A DNA stretch of 64,000 nucleotides from Lytechinus pictus (Eukaryota), in contig NC_087245.1 of the NCBI RefSeq assembly GCF_037042905.1, positions 8,062,001 to 8,126,000 of the forward strand, read 5' to 3'. Every line of letters starts with the position of its first letter. Position 1 is the stretch's first letter. Under the pieces are notes generated by a model, which saw only the letters and a list, made by a program, of their open reading frames with translations, searched no databases and was not told the origin of the DNA. Shown piece after piece: positions 56,762 through 64,000 of this stretch. The position numbers and the translations under genes were made by a program.

Positions 56762-56945
56762 GTGTGTGTGTGTGTGTATTTGAGTTTTGTCAGACGTGTA
56801 TCAATCAGATATGATTATTTACGTCTGGGACCGACCTTTAACGTCACCATCCGAAAGACGTGACCAGGGCTCGAACCTCGAACCTCTGCATCAATTTGTA
56901 ACTTCCCCAAAGCTTGGATTACAGGCGCACGCCACAACGCCCAGT
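56762..56945 (-). mobile_element. SINE with 7SL (Alu-domain)-like head, Pol III B box, Deu-like core and (CA)n tail
   Basis: Minus strand: ACTGGGCGTTGTGGCGTGCGCCTGTAATCCAAGCT...GGTTCGAGCCC...GTCTTTCGGATGGTGACGTTAAAGGTCGGTCCC...(CA)n. Confidence 0.75.
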
Positions 56946-57629
56946 AGTATACAAAGTGTTATAAATATTGGCATATAGATTTCTAATAAATATGGTTAAT
57001 GTTTCGTATGAAACGAAGTGGAGATTCACCAACGATTACAAAATGCAGTAAAATTTGAGTAACTGTTTCGGATTGTTTTATTTCTCAAATCTAATAAATT
57101 TCTTCTATGGTGGACGTGTACTCTTTATAATTTCAGTCATGACAGTGTGCCCCTATAATGAATTCGCCTATCTTTTATTATAGCGACCTCATTATTTGGT
57201 AGAAAACGCTATATATTAAAAAAATAAAGACACGGTGCACTTAAGAATCGAAATGGGCACATCATGGGCCCTATATCAAAATTGTGTCCCTGAAGGAATA
57301 ATGTACTTTTAAAATAATTTTGTCAGCTTTCACAGCAACGTATGTCCTTCATAAATTAATCATAAATCATGAGTTGAATCGGTTTTGACATTTTGATTTA
57401 ATATACAAGTAGGCCTACATGTACACTAATCTAGACATTCGTAAAGTAGGCCTGTATTCCACAAAACTATATATATAACACATTTTAATGTTTGAAATGA
57501 ATAATGGATCATTCTGGGGAAAGAGATCCTTTTGCGACAACCACTGTAACCCTAATCCTATATTTTTCCATGCACTTTAGGTGGCTGTCGCAAAAGGAAC
57601 TCTAATTCCCCATCATGTGAGTTCAATCA

Positions 57630-58046
57630 GTCTTGCTTATAGAGTACCAAAGTGATGACGTCACAAAAACCTTTGTTTGCATTTCAGCATTTTTTATAAC
57701 AAATTTTGGTAGAGCATGATGAAAACCCCCCACAACCCAAATTTGGTGGGAATCGGTCCATGGGGGCCTTAGATATGACCTCATGAATACATAATTAGCC
57801 CCATTGAAGTCAATGTATTATTGGCTTGGTTCTAAAAGGTACGAACCAAGCCAATAATACATTGACTTCAATGGGGCTAATTATGTATTCATGGGGTCAT
57901 ATCTAAGGCCCCCATGGACCGATTCCCACCAAATTTGGGTTGTGGGGGGTTTTCATCATGCTCTTCCAAAATATGGTATCAAATATGCTGAAATACAAAA
58001 AGTGAAAATTGATGATGTCACACTTCTGTACTCTATATAGAGCAAT
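57630..58046. repeat. Long inverted repeat (palindrome) with a 10-nt loop
   Basis: 57711-57832 pairs with 57843-57964 with one visible mismatch. Looser pairing continues outward. Confidence 0.92.
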
Positions 58047-60789
58047 AGACCTGGAACCCTGACATACCTGGTCTGTGTTCAATCTAGAAGAATCCACGTC
58101 TATTAGTCCAACATGTGAACATTTGTTAGAATGGTTTAATATAATATCACTATCTGTAAAGCTCCATGCATGATTCCTTCTTGATAAAACAGAAATATAA
58201 AAGGATGGAGAACTGATGACAATATAGCGGGACCAAGTTTGCTTCAATGAGTAATGAACAACACTTTAAAATGCCATAATGCTACACGCAGTACATGAAG
58301 ACGGAATATGAGAAGATATTGATTATTTATTGCATTCTTTCTCGATCCTAACACACATATAGCATTGGCCCCCGTCGATTACCTGTGTTGATACGAAGGC
58401 CTAAGTCCAGCGCCTTGAGTAGAGTAACAATACAGATAAGAAAGAAGATTGGATTGTGTGTTTTGAGCAGGCTAGTCTGACCCAACATCATCGTCAATAA
58501 GGCTTCCCATTGTTATGGAAATACTATTGACGTTCCCATTGATGTTATGCAATCACCATTGACCAGGATGTATTAGCATCCCTCGAGTGCAAGCATATTG
58601 GGCGATTCCGTGGTAAAAATACAAAAATTTGCGATTGCATTTAATGTTTAACAGGTTAAAAAAAACGCGTTAGATGTGGATTTAATTATGATGAAATTCA
58701 TTTCAGTCAATATAGTCATATTTACCATGAAAAAAACCACAGAGTAAACAAATAAAAATACAAAACTTACATCAAAGACTAATCGGAAACTAAACCGGTT
58801 TTCGCGGTTCCAGTTTCTTTACCATATCTCATTCATTCATTAACACACCAACACACCGTCCCAGGCAGATCATTTAAAAATGTTAGAAAATATTAGAAAG
58901 AATATAAAGTGTTAATGAGGGGTAGAAAATATGTGAAAATGAAAATACGATAGGAAAAACAAAGAAAAGGGGAAAAGGGAAAAAGAAAGACAACAAAGAA
59001 TGATAAAGAAAAGATAAGCATAAGTTCATAGAAAATGAAACAAAAGGGAGACAGTGAATTTAAACATTGCATTTTGATTGTTTTAGAAAGGCAATTTGAG
59101 CACTTAGAGAATTTGAGAGAGCTACATTATTTGCATTATGATTGGCCACCGAATCAAACGAATTATTTCTGTAAAATCGAGGGAAAATAGTCCAATATAA
59201 CAAATTTCACTTTTATGTCCTTCGATCACATCATAAAATTTTTATAGCATAATATGATGTAATACTGTAACTTATTGGAATAGTGTTGTTATGTACGTTT
59301 TATAAATATTTTAACGGACTAGGGAACAGAATGCTCCGTTATCCGATATACGGTCTCCGTTTCACAACATGCAAGTATTAAAACAATTAGATAATGTTTT
59401 AAGAAGTTCATGAGAATGGTGTGTCTTTACCAGCTCAATGTTCTATTGGTGATGACGTCGTCGGTTCATGGGAACACCAGAAGGTGCAGACTTCACTCTA
59501 AAAAAAGTCAGTCAAAAATGACTAGATGATAGGGTCAGCTGGGTGCAACTGTTGTTCTATAATCTACATAATCATATTTGACTATTTTTTAGTCGTATGT
59601 TACTCGAACAGAGTTATTTTTTACTAGAGTATATGTCATAAATGTTACAAGCATATCAGTTACACCCAGCTGACTACTTGTCTAGTCAATTTGACTTATT
59701 TGTTTTAAGACTGTTGACTTCCTTGCCGACTACGGGCTGCAGGTTAGATCTGACGAGGATACTTTTTGGTGGTAAAAAAATTACCCAATATTTTTTTTAC
59801 AGTGAGAGGCCTGTACCTCAAAAAAAAATCTACGTCTGGGGCGGGATCGCTGGCAATTAGCCAAAAAACAAACATGGTATGAAGCGCAGTAAAGAGAGCC
59901 TACAATGAGAGATGAAATGAAGACTGCGTGGCGGAACTTCTTACCACCCTCCTCTGATAGCTGACCCCCCTATTTACACCATTGATATCATCAAAGGGGT
60001 ACTCCGGCCTGAAAATTATGAAGATTCATTGAGCAACTTGAAAACGCGGGAAAAATCATCAAAATCTGATAACAAATAACGAAGTTATTGAATTGGTGTC
60101 ATTAAAAGGGTACTCCGTCCGGTCGAAAATGATTACAAAATAATAAAGAAAGATTCATGGAGTAAAACGCTGAAAATGTCATCAAAAACCTGATAATGAA
60201 ATTATTGATTTTGAAGTTTAGAAATATTTTGTGAAAACAGTTACATGCACGTCATCATGGACTTGTATTATAGATGGGCTGATGGTGTCATGTCTCCACG
60301 GCTTTCCGCTTGTTTATGTTGTTTAATGAAATAATATTTTTTTTCATATTTCCTTGTAACAAAATAAATTTTAGTAAGGATTATCTTACAAAGTAAATCA
60401 GTAGTAATTTTTTTTCATTATTGGGGGACAGAATTTGATTAAATATAATTTCATATGATAAAATACAAAATGATAAATGGGGATAAATAAATATCATCAT
60501 CTTGCTCATTGTAAATTCATGAAAGAGTGCTTAGAACTGTAACACCGAAATAATGCAAGACTTCACAATGTCATAACTTCATTATAGGTTATCACCCAAT
60601 AAGTAAGGTCATCTCTTCCATCATAAAAGACCGAAAATAGAAGGGGGACATTTGATATTGTGTCCCCCTACTATTTTGGGTAGGGGGACACGCCCCCCCC
60701 CCCCTGTTCCCCCTGGGATTTCCGCCCATGCTATACAGCAGGTGGTGGGTAATGAATGAGGACAGACTTGCTTGGTTAGCTTCAGTCTT

Positions 60790-61290
60790 ATCAGTTTCCG
60801 TTGCTTTCTTTCTCTCTTTCTCGATTTTTTCTTCCGCTCACCATTCCCCCATTATATTCTCCCCCCCCCGTCTCTCTCTAGAATCATAACCCTGTCCCCT
60901 CCCTCTCTTCCTCCCTTCTCACGTATTCACCTACTTTCTCCTACTCTTCACTCATTTCTTCTTCTATTCTTTCTCTTCTGTCTTTCCGTTTTCTCTTTTA
61001 TTTTTATTCCCCATCCTTTATATTTCTTTCCCCTTCTGACTTTCTCTTCTTTTATTTCTGCGTCTTTTCTTCATCTTATTTTTGTTTCTGTTCTTCCACA
61101 TCTCCTTTATCGTTTTTCTCTGTTATTTACCCCCCCACACACACACACACACACCCCTCTTTCTCTTCTTCTCTCCATTTCCCCTTGCACTTCATGTTTT
61201 TCTTTTTCCAGATTTTTCTTCTCTTTTTTAGATTTTTCTCACTCTTCTTTCTGACTTTTCACTCTCAATTTACCTACATCTTCTTTTCTA
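60790..61290. repeat. Pyrimidine-rich low-complexity tract
   Basis: The plus strand is almost entirely C/T. This accounts for the F/L/S/P-rich ORF 60772-61254. Confidence 0.85.
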
Positions 61291-62087
61291 CTATTCACGT
61301 CACAAGTTATTTCAAAATGAGAAAAGATTAGATTAGAAAAGATTTTTGTCTTTATAAATATATCATTCAATTGAGACATAACACATCGCTATATCTCGGT
61401 TCCGTTTCTCATGGGAAGCGCTGAAATAGTCAGTGCATGAAAATAATCAACGTATAGGTAAAACCTGAAGGATACTCAAATCTTTTGATATTCTTCACCC
61501 CATTTTAAACCCTAATGATAATTATACCATTCCAATCTAGTTAATAATGCTTTTCATGCACTCACATCACCAGTTCGAACATTGTTAACCTTCGGCTTTT
61601 AATATAATAAAGGGGGACTCAATTGAAAAGTAGCTCATTGAACACAATGGGTTACATTATTTCATTAGCAAACTTGTCATATATACTTGTACGTTATCAC
61701 AAAACAATCAGAAATACATTGTGAACATTGGAATAAAAAATCATGCTAGTTCGATCTTTATCGTGAATTAAAGGACGGTAAACATTTGATTTCTTGGCAA
61801 TATTGTGATGTGAAAGTTGTATTGGAAAGTAACAGAAAAGGGAAGTAAAGTAGGTTGATATTTGCCTTATTAAAAATTGTGCAAAAACCCCGGCATTTTC
61901 ACATTTGCTTATCCAAGGGCTTTGGGTTCACCTCACGAAAATACTAGTTTGTGAAATATGAGTAGCCAGGCCTATGGGTTTTGAGTTTTACTGGTACTTG
62001 TCTTCACAGTTACTGTTTCATATTCTCCTACCATCGCAAATTATCTTTGATAATAACTTTAGATCCGTTATTACATCACAATTCGAT

Positions 62088-62408
62088 TATAATAATTGCA
62101 TTTATATAGCGCTTTATCAATCTACGACTGCTCAAAGCGCTTCACAATAGAGCCATCTGCACCAGCCCGAGTTTTCAATAATAACTTCAGATCCGTTATT
62201 ACATCACATTTTGATTATAATAATTGCATAAAAAGCGCGTTATCAATCTACCCGGTCACTGGATTCATAGCATTTCAAGCAGCCTGTTAGGTGCACATTT
62301 GCTTTCGAGAAGGGCTAAGTGTGGACTGACTCCTTGTACGCTGGAATTCGAACACACGACCCTCTGTTTACAATGCGAGAGTCAGAACCGCTACACCACA
62401 GCGCTTCC
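62088..62408 (-). mobile_element. tRNA-derived SINE with a locally duplicated 3' end
   Basis: Minus strand GGAAGCGCTGTGGTGTAGCGGTT (A box) ... GTGTTCGAATTCC (B box). The tail ...GCGC..TATGCAATTATTAT occurs twice (about 62090 and 62220). Confidence 0.65.
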
Positions 62409-63693
62409 ACAAATTATTTGTCCGCATTGTGTTCTTAACTAATAATATTCACAATCACGATTATACAATGTTTCTAAAACAGTTCTTTACATGTTTCTAT
62501 GAATACAGATGCTGTTACATCACTACTTATTCTTTTGTATTTTATATCCTGAAATTATAAATACTCAAATTTTCTCTAAGAATGAAAACAAAATTGGATT
62601 AACTATTGACATGACTGAGTAAATGTGTAAGATAATCAATGCTGCAACTCATTTTGTTACAATAGAGACATTTTATACACATGTACATGTATGAAGATAT
62701 GAAATATTTATGTTATCATGCTTGAAATAAGAAAAAGAAAAGTAGGACATGACATCATCAACCCACCTAATGAATATTCATAACGGCGTGCAAATTAATG
62801 TTTTCACAAATATTGTTAAACATTAAAATTCAATTAACTTTTTTATCTGTTATCAGGTTTTGATGAACTTTTCAGAGTTTTGCTCAATGAATTTTACTAT
62901 ATTCATTTAGATATAATTATTTTCAGCCCTGAGTGTCCCTTTAAAAAGGGTGTATTACAAATCCCATCTATTATTTTTTATCATTTTAATGATCGAGATT
63001 CCGATAACAAAATATAACGGATCTTGAAATGATTTTCAAGCACGATAATAAGTTAATTTCAGCACTTATGAATGCGACAGCCTGTGTATGCCCTATTATG
63101 TTAGGTAATATTTTCATATAATATATTACTTTTAGCACTTAATTCGAAATCCAACTTTGGTATTAAAGTGATGTGTATAACAGGAGAAGAATAGGAAAAC
63201 AGAATTAAGAAAAAAACACAACTCTCTCATTAGTTTTTTTTAAATCTTATTTCATTTAAATCAACAATCTGCATTTATTTTTATTAATCTCTCTCCACCC
63301 CCCCCCCCCCCCCCCTCTCTCTCTCTGAAAGCAACTTTCAATTATAGTTAAATCTCCCTGTCATATCGTGTCAGCCATTTGCTTTCCGTAACTTGAAATC
63401 AACATTATGAGTTCATATTGCCAAAATCTGATTGCTTTATATAACAGTAAACAATCATGACTTTGATGTTGCACTGGGACATTTAAGAAAATACATTCTA
63501 CGTTACTGGAAAAACGATACTCTAAATAATTAAAAATAATTTAAATGAATTAATTTCTTGACAACACTTCCATGAAATCGACTAATATGAACTTTATAAC
63601 AGGTATTTGTTAAATAAAAATAATCAATGATCAATGAAGATAATTTCAGCTCCATCTATGACAATCCAATATTAATATATGTTTTGAATTAAA

Positions 63694-64000
63694 TCACAAA
63701 TCTGGTACGAACCAAGGTTTCGGATAGCCAAAGAATTGAAAATCATACTTGTATATTTCCCATAACTTGACCAGATCTTCATGAGAGAGTTGTGAGTAGT
63801 ATTTCTCATAGACACTCCTTTCTGAACTATTCGTTGGTCTACTCGTCTCAGAACCAAGGTATTGTACCTTTCTACCCACTCCCAGTTTATCTAGAAAGTA
63901 TTTCGACTCTTCAGCAACATTCTCAAGGAGGCCGATGAAATCATACTCTACAGTACAGGGCGAACAAATCTTGTACATCTCTGTCCAATGATCACTGAAA
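63694..64000 (-). CDS. Second carbohydrate sulfotransferase (Sulfotransfer_2 family), C-terminal part; runs off the window
   Basis: FSDHWTEMYKICSPCTVEYDFIGLLEN...PTNSS...LWEIYKYDFQFFGYPKP aligns by eye with the C-terminus of 53398-54291. Confidence 0.92.
   Translation of the reverse strand, partial: FSDHWTEMYKICSPCTVEYDFIGLLENVAEESKYFLDKLGVGRKVQYLGSETSRPTNSSERSVYEKYYSQLSHEDLVKLWEIYKYDFQFFGYPKPWFVPDL

Noticed and set aside
56762..56945. Genuine 7SL (SRP) RNA gene or human Alu contamination
   Set aside because: Similarity stops after about 40 nt, with no S domain, no Alu dimer or A-rich linker, and no oligo-T terminator. The flanks are continuous with the host gene.
60772..61254. 160-aa hydrophobic ORF
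   Set aside because: It comes from a pyrimidine-rich low-complexity tract.
62325..62408. Possible tRNA gene (also 14580-14653)
   Set aside because: The cloverleaf stems are imperfect and the sequence continues into SINE body and tail.

Overview
AT-rich, intron-containing, repeat-dense animal genomic DNA. It looks echinoderm/sea-urchin-like, but that is an inference from repeat types and gene content. I can reconstruct three host genes, all on the minus strand. The first is a 4-exon CD20/MS4A-like tetraspan gene (22290-15882, 248 aa). The second is a 3-coding-exon Golgi carbohydrate sulfotransferase of the Sulfotransfer_2 / CHST8-14 type (56558-53398, 397 aa). The third is the 3' end of a tandem paralogue of that sulfotransferase (64000-63694). 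The rest is mostly mobile DNA: decayed CR1/L2 and L1/Tx1 LINEs with nested insertions, a Helentron-type non-autonomous element, many MITE families (8-bp, 5-bp, TTAA, TA and AT target duplications), SINEs, and three tandem duplications of different ages. Two observations stand out. (i) A SINE at 56762-56945 has a head resembling the 7SL RNA Alu domain, followed by a Pol III B box and a Deu-domain-like core. (ii) A dispersed family of 12-34 bp CATRG...CYATG palindromes, each flanked by a 7-bp direct repeat, looks like excision footprints of a P-superfamily transposon, and two of them have matching empty sites inside an old duplication. All family assignments were made by eye, without database searches.
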